A stretch of DNA of 53,274 bases, from positions 1-53,274 of the forward strand of contig JAFQZB010000316.1 in the NCBI GenBank assembly GCA_017406175.1, in the 5' to 3' direction. Numbering within the stretch: position 1 is the stretch's first letter; each line of letters opens with the position of its first letter. The DNA is from Selenomonadaceae bacterium. Its GTDB lineage: Bacteria > Bacillota > Negativicutes > Selenomonadales > Selenomonadaceae. The notes below the pieces were generated by a model. It did not search any database, had not been told where the DNA came from, and saw only the letters and a list, made by a program, of their open reading frames with translations. The translations under genes were made by a program, and so were the position numbers. This document shows positions 27,582 to 36,790 of the stretch, one piece after another.

Positions 27582-29564
27582 TCATAGATGCTCTTCCAGC
27601 TTTAAGATTATGTCGCGAAGCTCGGCGGCTCGCTCGAATTCCAAAGCCCGCGACGCCTCCCGCATTTGAGCCGTTAAACTCTTTACTAAGTTCCGTTTCT
27701 GCGCGGGGCTTAATTTTTTTATCAACTCGCTCGGTGACTTAGGTTTCTTAGTGGACTTCTTGAGCGGCAGTTCAATCAGCGGGGCTATCGGCTTTTGAAT
27801 CGTCTTGGGTGTCACGTGGAACTTTGCGTTGTAAGTCTCCTGAATTGTCCGCCTCCGCGAGGTCTCGTCCATTGCCCGCCGCATTGAGTCCGTCACCTTG
27901 TCTGCGTAGAGAATTACTTTGCCATGAACGTTTCGCGCCGCCCGCCCGATTGTCTGAATCAAAGACGTGTCCGAACGCAGGAACCCTTCCTTGTCCGCGT
28001 CTAGGATTGCAATCAACGAGACTTCCGGCATGTCCAAACCCTCGCGCAGTAAGTTTATCCCGACGAGCACATCGAAGACGCCAGCCCTAAGGTCGTGGAC
28101 TATCTCCGCCCGCTCCAAGGTCACAACGTCCGAATGCAAATACTTCACGCGGATTTTTACGCCGCTAAGGTAATCGGTCAGCTCCTCGGCGAATTTCTTT
28201 GTAAGCGTCGTGATTAGTACTCGTTCGTTCATCTGGACGCGCTGATTGATTTCTTTGATTAGGTCGTCGATTTGGTTTTCAATCGGGCGAACCTCTACGA
28301 CTGGGTCAAGCAAGCCCGTCGGGCGTATGATTTGTTCGACGGTGTTTTGCGACTCGGCAAGCTCATAATCGGCGGGCGTGGCTGAGACGTAGATTATCTG
28401 ATTAATCTTGTCGTTGAACTCGTCAAAGGTCAGCGGGCGATTGTCCAACGCGCTAGGAAGTCTGAAGCCGTTTTCTATCAGCGAAGACGTTCTAGACCGG
28501 TCGCCGGCGTACATCGCCCTAAGTTGCGGCAGGGTCACATGGGATTCATCGACGACCGTCAAAAAATTTTCTGGGAAATAATCAATCAGCGTGAAGGGTG
28601 GCTCGCCTGCGTTGCGTCCAGTCAAATGCCGCGAATAGTTTTCTATGCCGGAGCAAAAGCCCATCTCGTGAATCATTTCCAAATCAAAGCGCGTGCGTTG
28701 CTCAATGCGTTGAGCCTCGATTAGCTTGCCCGCCGCCGTAAACATTTCGACCTGCGCGGCAAGTTCCGAACGGATATTTTTCTCCGCTCGCTCCAAGTCG
28801 TCAAGGTCTGTCACGTAATGGGACGCCGGGAAGATAAACACTTCATCACGCCGCCCGATAACCTTGCCCGTTAATATCTCGAACTCGCTAATCTTGTCGA
28901 CCTCGTCGCCGAAAAGTTCAATGCGCAATGCCCGACCGTTGTAACCAGCCGGCGTGACTTCGATTGTATCGCCGCGAACTCGGAAATTGCCGCGCTCAAT
29001 AATCATGTCGTTGCGGTTGTAGCGAATCTCAATCAGCCGCCGCAAAATTTTATCACGCGGAATCACTTGCCCAACCTTAACATGCAAAAGGAGTTTGTAA
29101 TAACTTTCGGGCGAACCTAAGCCGTAAATGCAAGAGACGCTAGCCACAATGATAACGTCGCGGCGTTCGAAGAGACTACACGTCGCCGAATGCCTCATTT
29201 GGTCAATCTCGTCGTTAATGGAGGCGTCCTTCTCAATGTAAGTATCCGTGGCGGCAATGTAGGCTTCGGGCTGATAGTAATCGTAGTAGCTGACGAAGTA
29301 GCCAACGTAGTTATCTGGGAAAAAAGCTTTGAACTCGGCGGCTAGCTGTGCGGCAAGGGTCTTGTTGTGCGCGATAACGAGCGTCGGCAACTGAATCTGT
29401 TCAATGACTTTGGCAATGGTGAAGGTCTTGCCTGTGCCAGTCGCCCCCAAGAGGACTTGAGCCTTTAAGCCGCCGTCAATGCCTTCCGCCAGTGATTCAA
29501 TCGCTTGAGGTTGGTCGCCCGTCGGCTGAAAGTTTGAAACGACCTTGAATTTTTTCTTAAGCAA
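27582..29564 (-). CDS. uvrB: Excinuclease ABC subunit B
   Basis: Canonical UvrB: [20 protein letters not shown], a helicase core and the C-terminal UVR domain. TTG at 29564 is preferred (SD AGGAG 8 nt upstream) over GTG at 29573. Confidence 0.95.
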   Translation of the reverse strand: MLKKKFKVVSNFQPTGDQPQAIESLAEGIDGGLKAQVLLGATGTGKTFTIAKVIEQIQLPTLVIAHNKTLAAQLAAEFKAFFPDNYVGYFVSYYDYYQPEAYIAATDTYIEKDASINDEIDQMRHSATCSLFERRDVIIVASVSCIYGLGSPESYYKLLLHVKVGQVIPRDKILRRLIEIRYNRNDMIIERGNFRVRGDTIEVTPAGYNGRALRIELFGDEVDKISEFEILTGKVIGRRDEVFIFPASHYVTDLDDLERAEKNIRSELAAQVEMFTAAGKLIEAQRIEQRTRFDLEMIHEMGFCSGIENYSRHLTGRNAGEPPFTLIDYFPENFLTVVDESHVTLPQLRAMYAGDRSRTSSLIENGFRLPSALDNRPLTFDEFNDKINQIIYVSATPADYELAESQNTVEQIIRPTGLLDPVVEVRPIENQIDDLIKEINQRVQMNERVLITTLTKKFAEELTDYLSGVKIRVKYLHSDVVTLERAEIVHDLRAGVFDVLVGINLLREGLDMPEVSLIAILDADKEGFLRSDTSLIQTIGRAARNVHGKVILYADKVTDSMRRAMDETSRRRTIQETYNAKFHVTPKTIQKPIAPLIELPLKKSTKKPKSPSELIKKLSPAQKRNLVKSLTAQMREASRALEFERAAELRDIILKLEEHL

Positions 29565-29610
29565 GGAATTCACTCCTAACTAAAACGAAGGAACGGAGCC
29601 GCCATGGACG

Positions 29611-29690
29611 GCGGGCAACGTGAACGTTGCATCCAGCGGTCGCGTCCTGCTTGCCGATAATCCAGACTTTATCCCCGCGACAACGTGCGC
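29611..29690. repeat. ~80-bp palindrome-containing element, related to the insert at 17363-17434
   Basis: GGCGGGCAACGTGAACGTTGCATCCAGCG..CGCGTCC..CGATAA..ATCCCCGCG aligns with the DHFR insert at roughly three quarters of positions by eye. Confidence 0.7.
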
Positions 29691-29708
29691 TAACAAAAGA
29701 AAAGTTTT

Positions 29709-30797
29709 TCAAGAAGCCTCTTGAGCAGTAAGCAGGGCGGCAACCTTCAAATCCGAACGGCGATTTAAATCAATGAACTCCCCTTTAGTCGTCTGCACGA
29801 CGGGAAGAGACGTAATCCGCGAGTCGTCGAGGTAAACAATCTTAGCGCGTTGCCCGTCGCTCAAGCCGACCCAAGAGCCGTTAATCGCCTGCAAAAGTTT
29901 CTTCATGAAGACAACTACAAAATGCGTATCGAGTTTGCCCGCCAAGGCGTCGCCGTACAAAACTTTGATGATGTCGAAGGGCGAATTCCTCTTTGCGTAG
30001 GAACGATGAGTCGCCATCGCGTCATAAATGTCGAGTATCGCGATAATCTTTCCGAAGTCGCTAATCTTGTTGCCCTTGAGCTTGCTAGGATAGCCCGACC
30101 CGTCGCAACGTTCATGATGATGCAAGACGCCGAGCAAAACATTTTTTAAGCTCCTAATCGACGACTCCATTAGCAAGGCATAACCGAAGACGACATGTTT
30201 ACGAACCTCGGCAAGTTCCTCGTCGTCCAGCTTGTCCGTCTTGTTGAGAATGCCCTTTGAAATTTTCATCTTGCCAATCTCGCTCAGAAGACCCGCGATA
30301 ACCAGTTCGCCGACCTGCGTAGCCCGATAGTCGAGCCAATGAGCCATAATCCCCGCTAAGATTCCGACGTTCAATGCGTGGTGGATTATATAATCGCCGT
30401 CGCGTTTCATGTTGTGAATTTGAGTTATCGCCTTAATGCCGTCGTCGCAAAGCTCGGAGATATTATCCGCACGAACGATTTCTACTAGCCCCGCCCGGTC
30501 TAGCTTGCCAGTATTGGCGAAGCCGTAATAAAGATTTTGCGTTAGGGCGAAGCATTTCTTATAGCAGGTAATATAATCATCGTCTAGCAGGTGTTCTTGA
30601 CTTGCCTTGGTGGGTTTGTAGTCTTCGGGTGTCACGTCGATATAGACGGAGAAAATATTTTTACCGCGCAAGCTGTCTAGCATTTCTGACGTAAGTTTGA
30701 CGTTGGCTTTTATAAGCGTCTTGCCGTCGAAGTCTTTCACGGCTCGTCCGACTGTCATGCCCACTCGCAGTTCTGTCACGTCGTAGGATCTGAGCAT
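29709..30797 (-). CDS. HD-GYP domain cyclic-di-GMP phosphodiesterase-like protein
   Basis: HHALNV...HHHERCDGSGYP motif. The ATG at 30797 follows a purine-rich SD (AGGGGGAAACGGA). The ORF-track start at 30908 is unlikely. Confidence 0.85.
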   Translation of the reverse strand: MLRSYDVTELRVGMTVGRAVKDFDGKTLIKANVKLTSEMLDSLRGKNIFSVYIDVTPEDYKPTKASQEHLLDDDYITCYKKCFALTQNLYYGFANTGKLDRAGLVEIVRADNISELCDDGIKAITQIHNMKRDGDYIIHHALNVGILAGIMAHWLDYRATQVGELVIAGLLSEIGKMKISKGILNKTDKLDDEELAEVRKHVVFGYALLMESSIRSLKNVLLGVLHHHERCDGSGYPSKLKGNKISDFGKIIAILDIYDAMATHRSYAKRNSPFDIIKVLYGDALAGKLDTHFVVVFMKKLLQAINGSWVGLSDGQRAKIVYLDDSRITSLPVVQTTKGEFIDLNRRSDLKVAALLTAQEAS

Positions 30798-30907
30798 TCC
30801 GTTTCCCCCTTGCTTGAAGTTAAAACTGGTATTTGCCGCGCCTGGAAAAATTCCTGCGTTGTTTACAAATTTCATTGATGGTTTATAATCGTGGCGAGGT
30901 GATTCCA

Positions 30908-31774
30908 TTGACTGATAAAAAAATTCCGCGCAGTAACGTTTCGGCTTATGTTAAGAAGTATCTTCAGCTTTGTATCGGGGCAGTGATTGCGGCACTGGGT
31001 CTTGAACTCTTCCTGATTCCAAACGAAGTCATTGATGGCGGCGTTGTCGGCTTGTCGATTATGGCGCAGTATCTGACGGGCTTGCCGCTAGGAACCTTCC
31101 TTATCCTGTTCAATATCCCGTTCCTGTGGCTGGCTTATAAGCAGATTGGCAAAGATTTCGTCATCGCGACGATTGTGGCGATAATTTTCCTTAGCATATG
31201 GTCTGAGGTCGTCGGCGAATATCCCAAGGTGACGAATGACCCGTTCTTAGCGGCGATATTCGGCGGGATAATTGACGGCTTAGGCGTCGGCTTGATTATG
31301 CGGGCGGGCGGCTCCCTAGACGGTACGGAGATTGTAGCAATCATCGTAGACAAGAAAACAATCTGGTCGGTCGGCGAAGTCGTCATGTTTATCAACCTGT
31401 TTATCCTGAGTGGCGCGGGCTTGCTCTTCGGTTGGGATAAGGCAATGTATTCGCTGTTTGCTTACTTCGTTATTTCCAGAATGATTGACGTTGTGATTAA
31501 GGGTCTCGACGAGATGTACGCGGTGATGATTGTCTCGAATATGCCCTATGAATTGACTGATGAGCTCAACGCCAAACTCGGACGCGGCGTCACGCTCCTG
31601 CACGGCGAAGGCGGCTACACCCACCAGAGCAAAGAAATTCTCTACTGCGTCGTCACACGCCTTGAGGTCGACAAGCTAAAGAAGATTGTTCTTGAGAAGG
31701 ACGAGCACGCCTTTGTTACGATTTATCCCGTCAACGATATTGTCGGCGGTCGCTTCAAGAAGTCTGGACACTAA
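30908..31774 (+). CDS. YitT-family membrane protein (DUF2179 C-terminal domain)
   Basis: IGAVIAALGLELFLIPNEVIDGGVVGLSI is typical of YitT. TTG at 30908 follows SD GAGGTGA. The start is uncertain. Confidence 0.75.
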   Translation: MTDKKIPRSNVSAYVKKYLQLCIGAVIAALGLELFLIPNEVIDGGVVGLSIMAQYLTGLPLGTFLILFNIPFLWLAYKQIGKDFVIATIVAIIFLSIWSEVVGEYPKVTNDPFLAAIFGGIIDGLGVGLIMRAGGSLDGTEIVAIIVDKKTIWSVGEVVMFINLFILSGAGLLFGWDKAMYSLFAYFVISRMIDVVIKGLDEMYAVMIVSNMPYELTDELNAKLGRGVTLLHGEGGYTHQSKEILYCVVTRLEVDKLKKIVLEKDEHAFVTIYPVNDIVGGRFKKSGH

Positions 31775-31825
31775 ATTAAAATCCCCCGTCAAACTTTCGA
31801 CGAGGGATATTTTTATACCGTCATG

Positions 31826-32200
31826 TTAAGCCGCTTTGATGAGGTCGAGAACCTGCCCATGAGTTAAGCTCTTGCCGTCTTTGCTGTAGTAGTTGTCGCT
31901 CTCGCGGAAGCCCGTTCCACCCCAACCAATGCTTATGTTCGATTTGATTCCGAGGCTGTCCTTTAGAATGCGTTCGGCAATCCGTGAGCCTACATTATTC
32001 CATGCTGCGGTTCCGACTTGACCGGCTACGGGGATTGCGCCGCCGATTTTCCGGATTCCGTTTGAAATATCTCCAACAACGCCCATCTTCTTTTCCATCG
32101 CGCTGTAGATTTCGTTGAATTCGTCCACCGTGCCGCCGCTGATGTTGTCGAGTTGCTCCATGTTGAGGATTTCTTCGTTGATGATGTTGATGTTTTTCAT
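31826..32200 (-). CDS. Double-glycine-leader secreted protein, paralogue 1 (124 aa precursor)
   Basis: Leader MKNINIINEEILNMEQLDNISGG fits the L(-12), L(-7), I(-4), GG(-2,-1) pattern. SD AAGGAG upstream. The C-terminal motif NYYSKDGKSLTHGQ is shared with 45697 and 50418. Confidence 0.7.
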   Translation of the reverse strand: MKNINIINEEILNMEQLDNISGGTVDEFNEIYSAMEKKMGVVGDISNGIRKIGGAIPVAGQVGTAAWNNVGSRIAERILKDSLGIKSNISIGWGGTGFRESDNYYSKDGKSLTHGQVLDLIKAA

Positions 32201-32250
32201 TGTTATCAGTCTCCTTTTTGTTTTTGTTTGGGATTTTGTTTTCTGTCCCT

Positions 32251-32278
32251 TATACGCAAGCCGAGCTGATTTGTTACA
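32251..32278 (-). promoter_or_regulatory. ECF-sigma-type promoter, TGTAAC-N16-CGTATA
   Basis: On the minus strand: TGTAAC (32278-32273), 16 nt, CGTATA (32256-32251), then AAGnnnCAGAAAAC. It lies directly after the clpB terminator. Confidence 0.6.
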
Positions 32279-32317
32279 AAAAAATCCCCGACTTTTTCAT
32301 CGGGGATAAAACGTTAA

Positions 32318-34942
32318 TTATTTATCGAGCTTAACGGCTGGCGTCTCCTTAACATTGAAGGTAAAGTCGCCGTCAAAGTCAATCTCGACCGTGTCGCCGT
32401 CCTTGACTTCGCCCGCGATAATCTTCTTGCTTAGCTCCGTCTCGACCGTGCGTGTCAAAAGCCGTTTAAGCGGTCGTGCGCCGTAGTTCGCGTCGAAGCC
32501 CTTATCAGCCAGCGTATCGACCGCGCCTTGCGTCCACGTGAGATTTATATTTGCCTGCTTGCTGAGTCGTTCGCCCAAAGTCTTAAGCAGAATCTCCGCG
32601 ATAGCTTTGACTTGCTCCTTAGCCAACGACTTGAAGACGATAATATCATCAATGCGGTTGAGGAATTCGGGACGGAAGTAATCCTTAAGCAAATTCTTGA
32701 TAATGCTCTCTGCCTCCGCGAATGCCTTGCTTGTGATGAATCCAATTTTTGCCCGCTGAAGGATTTCCTGCGAACCAAGATTGCTCGTCATGATGATAAC
32801 GGTGTTCTTGAAGTTCACGACGCGCCCTTTGCCGTCAGTCAATCTGCCGTCGTCTAGGATTTGCAGTAAGACGTTGAATACGTCGCGATGAGCCTTCTCA
32901 ATCTCGTCAAGCAGAATCACGCTGTAGGGTTTGCGGCGAATCTGTTCTGTTAATTGCCCGCCCTCGTCGTAGCCGACGTAACCAGGAGGCGCACCGATTA
33001 ATCTAGCGACCGTATGCTTTTCCATGTATTCGGACATGTCGACGCGGACAATACTGCGTTCGTCGTCGAAGAGTGCTTCCGCCAATGCCTTAGCTAATTC
33101 CGTTTTGCCGACGCCCGTCGGACCTAAGAAGATGAACGAGCCGATTGGGCGATTGGGGTCTTTGATACCTGCACGGGCGCGGAGGATAGCCTCGCTTACG
33201 GCTTTAACGGCTTCATCTTGCCCGACAACGCGTTCATGCAAAGTATCTTCCAAGTGCAAGAGCTTTTCGCGTTCGCCCGTCAACATTTTGGCAAGGGGGA
33301 TACCCGTCCACCGGCTGACGACGCGGGCAATATCTTCCTCGCCGACTTCCTCTTTTAACATGCGATTATCTTTATCCTGCGCGGCAATGTCTTCTTCCGC
33401 CTGCTTTAGCGTGGTCATCAGTTCGGGCAACTTGCCGTATTTAAGCTCGGACGCCTTCTGCAAGTTGTACGCCCGTTGAGCCTCCTCAATTTCACCGTTC
33501 ACGCTGTCGATTTCCTTCTTAATCGCACGCACACGCAGGATAGCTTCCTTTTCCGCCTCCCACTTGTCGCGAAGAACTTTTTCCTTGTCCTTGAGCTGGG
33601 TTATTTCTTCGGCAATGGCTTTAAGCTTTTCTTGGGACGCCGCGTCTGATTCTTTGTTAAGGGCTTGCTCCTCAATCTCAAGTTGCATAATCTTGCGGCG
33701 GGTCTCGTCGATTGGCGCGGGCAGTGATTCAATTTCCGTGCGGAGTTTAGCCGCCGCCTCGTCGACAAGATCAATCGCCTTATCGGGCAAGAATCGGTCG
33801 CTGATATAACGGTCGGAAAGAGTCGCCGCACTGACTAAAGCCGCGTCCCGAATCCTAACGCCGTGATGAACTTCGTAGCGTTCCTTTATGCCGCGCAGGA
33901 TTGTAATCGTGTCCTCAACGCTCGGTTCGCCGACCATGACGGGTTGAAAGCGGCGTTCAAGGGCGGTGTCCTTCTCCAGATACTTGCGGTACTCGTTAAG
34001 GGTCGTCGCGCCTATGCAACGCAATTCGCCACGCGCCCGCATCGGCTTAAGGATATGGCCCGCGTCCATTGCGCCTTCGGACGTGCCAGCCCCCACGACC
34101 GTATGCACCTCATCGATAAACAGCAGTATTTGCCCGTCGGACTTGGTAATTTCGTTGAGCACGGACTTTAACCGCTCCTCGAATTCGCCGCGGAACTTCG
34201 CGCCCGCAATCAACGCCGCCATGTCCAAAGCGTAAAGCGTTTTGTTCTTGAGCGATTCGGGCACGTCACCCGCGACGATACGTCTTGCAAGCCCCTCAAC
34301 GATAGCCGTTTTGCCGACGCCCGGTTCACCGATGAGCACAGGATTATTTTTCGTCCGCCGACTTAGGATTTCAATCGTCCGCCTAATTTCCTCGTCGCGC
34401 CCGATGACGGGGTCGAGCTCGCCAGCCAACGCCGCTTGCGTCAAATCCCGTCCGAACTTCGCTAAGCTCTGGTAAGTCTCTTCGGGATTGTCGCTCGTGA
34501 CGTTCTGTTTACGATTCTTTTTTATCGCCGCGTCGATTCGGTTCTTGTTCAGGTTAAATTCGCGGGCAATGTCTTGCACTTCCTTTTTGCCGTCGGTGAC
34601 TAGGGCAAGCAGTAAATGTTCCGTGCTGATAAATTCGTCTTTCATAGACGCCGCGTAATCTTTTGCCTTGCCCATGACACGCGCCAAATCCACGCCCATT
34701 GACAGCCGCTCTTGACCTTTGACTTGCGGAATCTTATTCAACTCCGCCTCCAGCCTGACTTTGAGCATTGGCAAATCCGTTTGACATTCCCTAAAGATTG
34801 TCGCCAATAATCCTTCCGGCTCCTTAGCCAACGCCAACATCAAATGCACCGAGCTGAATTCCTGATGATATTTCATTGCCGCGAGCTGTTGCGCCGCTTG
34901 AATTGCCTCTTGCGCTTTGTTCGTATATCTTTCTGCTACCAT
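32318..34942 (-). CDS. clpB: ATP-dependent chaperone/disaggregase ClpB
   Basis: Two AAA+ modules ([18 protein letters not shown]) and a long middle coiled coil. The ATG at 34942 follows SD AAGGAG. Confidence 0.95.
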   Translation of the reverse strand: MVAERYTNKAQEAIQAAQQLAAMKYHQEFSSVHLMLALAKEPEGLLATIFRECQTDLPMLKVRLEAELNKIPQVKGQERLSMGVDLARVMGKAKDYAASMKDEFISTEHLLLALVTDGKKEVQDIAREFNLNKNRIDAAIKKNRKQNVTSDNPEETYQSLAKFGRDLTQAALAGELDPVIGRDEEIRRTIEILSRRTKNNPVLIGEPGVGKTAIVEGLARRIVAGDVPESLKNKTLYALDMAALIAGAKFRGEFEERLKSVLNEITKSDGQILLFIDEVHTVVGAGTSEGAMDAGHILKPMRARGELRCIGATTLNEYRKYLEKDTALERRFQPVMVGEPSVEDTITILRGIKERYEVHHGVRIRDAALVSAATLSDRYISDRFLPDKAIDLVDEAAAKLRTEIESLPAPIDETRRKIMQLEIEEQALNKESDAASQEKLKAIAEEITQLKDKEKVLRDKWEAEKEAILRVRAIKKEIDSVNGEIEEAQRAYNLQKASELKYGKLPELMTTLKQAEEDIAAQDKDNRMLKEEVGEEDIARVVSRWTGIPLAKMLTGEREKLLHLEDTLHERVVGQDEAVKAVSEAILRARAGIKDPNRPIGSFIFLGPTGVGKTELAKALAEALFDDERSIVRVDMSEYMEKHTVARLIGAPPGYVGYDEGGQLTEQIRRKPYSVILLDEIEKAHRDVFNVLLQILDDGRLTDGKGRVVNFKNTVIIMTSNLGSQEILQRAKIGFITSKAFAEAESIIKNLLKDYFRPEFLNRIDDIIVFKSLAKEQVKAIAEILLKTLGERLSKQANINLTWTQGAVDTLADKGFDANYGARPLKRLLTRTVETELSKKIIAGEVKDGDTVEIDFDGDFTFNVKETPAVKLDK

Positions 34943-34979
34943 GATTATCACTCCTTAGCGTTTCTTTCTAACGTTGCCA

Positions 34980-35008
34980 ATGATAATTGTAAATAATCAA
35001 AAAGTCAA
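34980..35008 (-). promoter_or_regulatory. Sigma70-type promoter for clpB
   Basis: On the minus strand: TTGACT (35008-35003), 17-nt spacer, TATCAT (34985-34980). Confidence 0.45.
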
Positions 35009-35084
35009 TACGTCAAGGTAAATTTTTTGTCGAAGGATTTATTACGGGCTTGACGAAAAACTTTTCCCAGAGGAGGCGAGACTC

Positions 35085-35993
35085 ATGAACAAAGATGAAT
35101 TGCTTGGCTTGTTGGACGATGCTGACGTTCGGGAAAAGATTTTGGCAATCGTGAATCAGCAGGCGGACGACGTGCAGGAACCCATTCCGGAGGCAATCAA
35201 AGTTGAATCACAGCGGGCGGATAGACTTTTAGCCGAGGTCGACCCGTGGAAGCAAAAGTTTGACGACGAACGCCAGCGGGCAAAAATTCTTCAAGCTGAA
35301 CTTAAAGCTGAGGGCAAGCGGGCGGATAAACTTCAACGCGAGGTCGACGCTTGGAAGGAAAAGTTTAACGCCGAACGCAGACGGGCAGATAAGCTCAAAA
35401 TCGACGGCGACGCCTGGATTAAGCAGTACGAACATCAGCAACGGCGCGCAAATGAACTTCAAGGCAAGCTCGAAACGTGGATTAAAAAGTTTAACGACGA
35501 ACAGGAGAAGTCGGAAAAACTTCAAAGGGATTTCGACGACGCGGAAGGAAAACTTTCTAGGCTGGAGGACTTCACTCGCGGCTTTGAAATCTATCAGAAG
35601 TATCAAGGCGTCGGCTCTCATGCTCAACAGCTCTTGTCGGCGGGAGTCTTCACGCGCAATGACTTTACGTCGTTCATCTGCGGCGGGGCGCAAGTCAATT
35701 CCCTTGAGACGATTTGGGATGTGTGGCGTGAATGCGTCATGGGCGGCAAGAATCAGGACGCTAAGATTTTGTGCGAAGTTTTCATGTATTGCTTGGGGCT
35801 GGTCAACGCCTCTAAGGTGCAGGCGAGCTATTCAATCTTGCCCGTGAAGGTCGGCGACCCTTTCGACTCGGATATTCACGTTGAAGCCCCCGGCAGTCGT
35901 GCGCAAGGCAAAATCTCCGAAGTCTATCTGCCCGGCTACCGCAACAACTATAATCAACGTATCATCAAGAAAAGTATCGTTAAGGTTAGCTAA
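35085..35993 (+). CDS. Coiled-coil repeat protein with a GrpE-like C-terminal domain
   Basis: SD GAGGAGG upstream. Residues 44-163 are five to six 21-22-aa repeats (RADKLQREVDAWKEKFNAERR type). The C-terminus VGDPFDSDIHVEAPG...ISEVYLPGYRNNYNQRIIKKSIVKVS aligns with the GrpE beta-domain signature. Confidence 0.7.
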   Translation: MNKDELLGLLDDADVREKILAIVNQQADDVQEPIPEAIKVESQRADRLLAEVDPWKQKFDDERQRAKILQAELKAEGKRADKLQREVDAWKEKFNAERRRADKLKIDGDAWIKQYEHQQRRANELQGKLETWIKKFNDEQEKSEKLQRDFDDAEGKLSRLEDFTRGFEIYQKYQGVGSHAQQLLSAGVFTRNDFTSFICGGAQVNSLETIWDVWRECVMGGKNQDAKILCEVFMYCLGLVNASKVQASYSILPVKVGDPFDSDIHVEAPGSRAQGKISEVYLPGYRNNYNQRIIKKSIVKVS

Positions 35994-36001
35994 GGAGTTG
36001 T

Positions 36002-36778
36002 ATGTCAATGGAGACGAAAAGCAAGAATGAAATCCAATCGTTATTTGAAAAATACCACGTGATTATAAAGACGGACGATATGCAAAATGAGGATATGATT
36101 GATGTTATTGAGCACTTGGAAACGGACGCCGTAGCATATGAACGCCCTGATGCTTACATTCTGCGCGGAAAATTTATTTATGCGATAGAACACTTCTGCG
36201 TTTCTCAATACGCAAAGAAAAAGAATTCCGATTTATCAAAAGAGGCTGAAGGAGCCAAAATTTGTCGAGATAAAATGAAGACAGACAGAGACTTTAACCT
36301 CTTTCCGTCTCGTTCAAATCTGGAACGTAGCTTTCGGGAAAATTTAGATAAACACTCTAAAAGCTTTTCTACTTATAAAAAAAATATCATGGCGATTGAT
36401 AAAGCTAAAAATCACGATTACCGCCTAATCATATTAATCGAAGACATTACTGAAAGCTGGCTTGTGAAAAGTCGCGAAGTCAATATAATTAATCCCTTAA
36501 ATTTATCAACGATGTTCGACATCTTATCGGAATATCAAAATTCTGTTTGGGGTATTGCTTGCTTGTATGGCAATGAGCGAGATAAATTTTTGACAGGATA
36601 CACCGTGGAAGAATTGGACGAACGAAAGAAGAATGGTAAATTACTCTGTGCGGAAAATTATGTTCCCTTTGAAACGGAACGCAAGGTTCATGTCTCTAAG
36701 AATAATTCAAAAGACGATAGAAACTCTGTGACAATAAAATTGTATGACTGCTTTTGTAACAGGGATGGTATTAAATAA
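36002..36778 (+). CDS. Hypothetical protein (258 aa), AT-rich orphan
   Basis: SD AAGGAG lies 5 nt upstream. Composition is visibly more AT-rich than both neighbours. No family recognised by eye. Confidence 0.6.
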   Translation: MSMETKSKNEIQSLFEKYHVIIKTDDMQNEDMIDVIEHLETDAVAYERPDAYILRGKFIYAIEHFCVSQYAKKKNSDLSKEAEGAKICRDKMKTDRDFNLFPSRSNLERSFRENLDKHSKSFSTYKKNIMAIDKAKNHDYRLIILIEDITESWLVKSREVNIINPLNLSTMFDILSEYQNSVWGIACLYGNERDKFLTGYTVEELDERKKNGKLLCAENYVPFETERKVHVSKNNSKDDRNSVTIKLYDCFCNRDGIK

Positions 36779-36790
36779 GGAGATGAGATT

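Noticed and set aside
29620-29635. The palindrome GCAACGTTCACGTTGC (minus-strand reading) upstream of uvrB as a LexA operator.
   Set aside because: The half-site spacing does not fit GAAC-N4-GTTC. The same palindrome occurs inside the DHFR insertion, which favours a dispersed repeat. It is kept only as an alternative in the corresponding finding.
35003-35018. AGTCAATACGTCAAGG in the clpB upstream region as a CtsR operator (direct GGTCAAA heptads).
   Set aside because: The repeat period is 8 nt instead of the 10 nt of the CtsR consensus, and both heptads deviate. The first half is better explained as the clpB -35 box.
35260-35847. Long alternative-frame ORFs inside real genes: 35260-35847 (plus), 35229-35693 (minus), 36707-37147 (minus), 15956-16633 (minus), 44093-44752 (minus) and 2438-2947 (minus).
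   Set aside because: All are shadow frames of confidently identified genes. They have skewed Arg/Ser/Leu-rich or repeat-derived composition and no SD.
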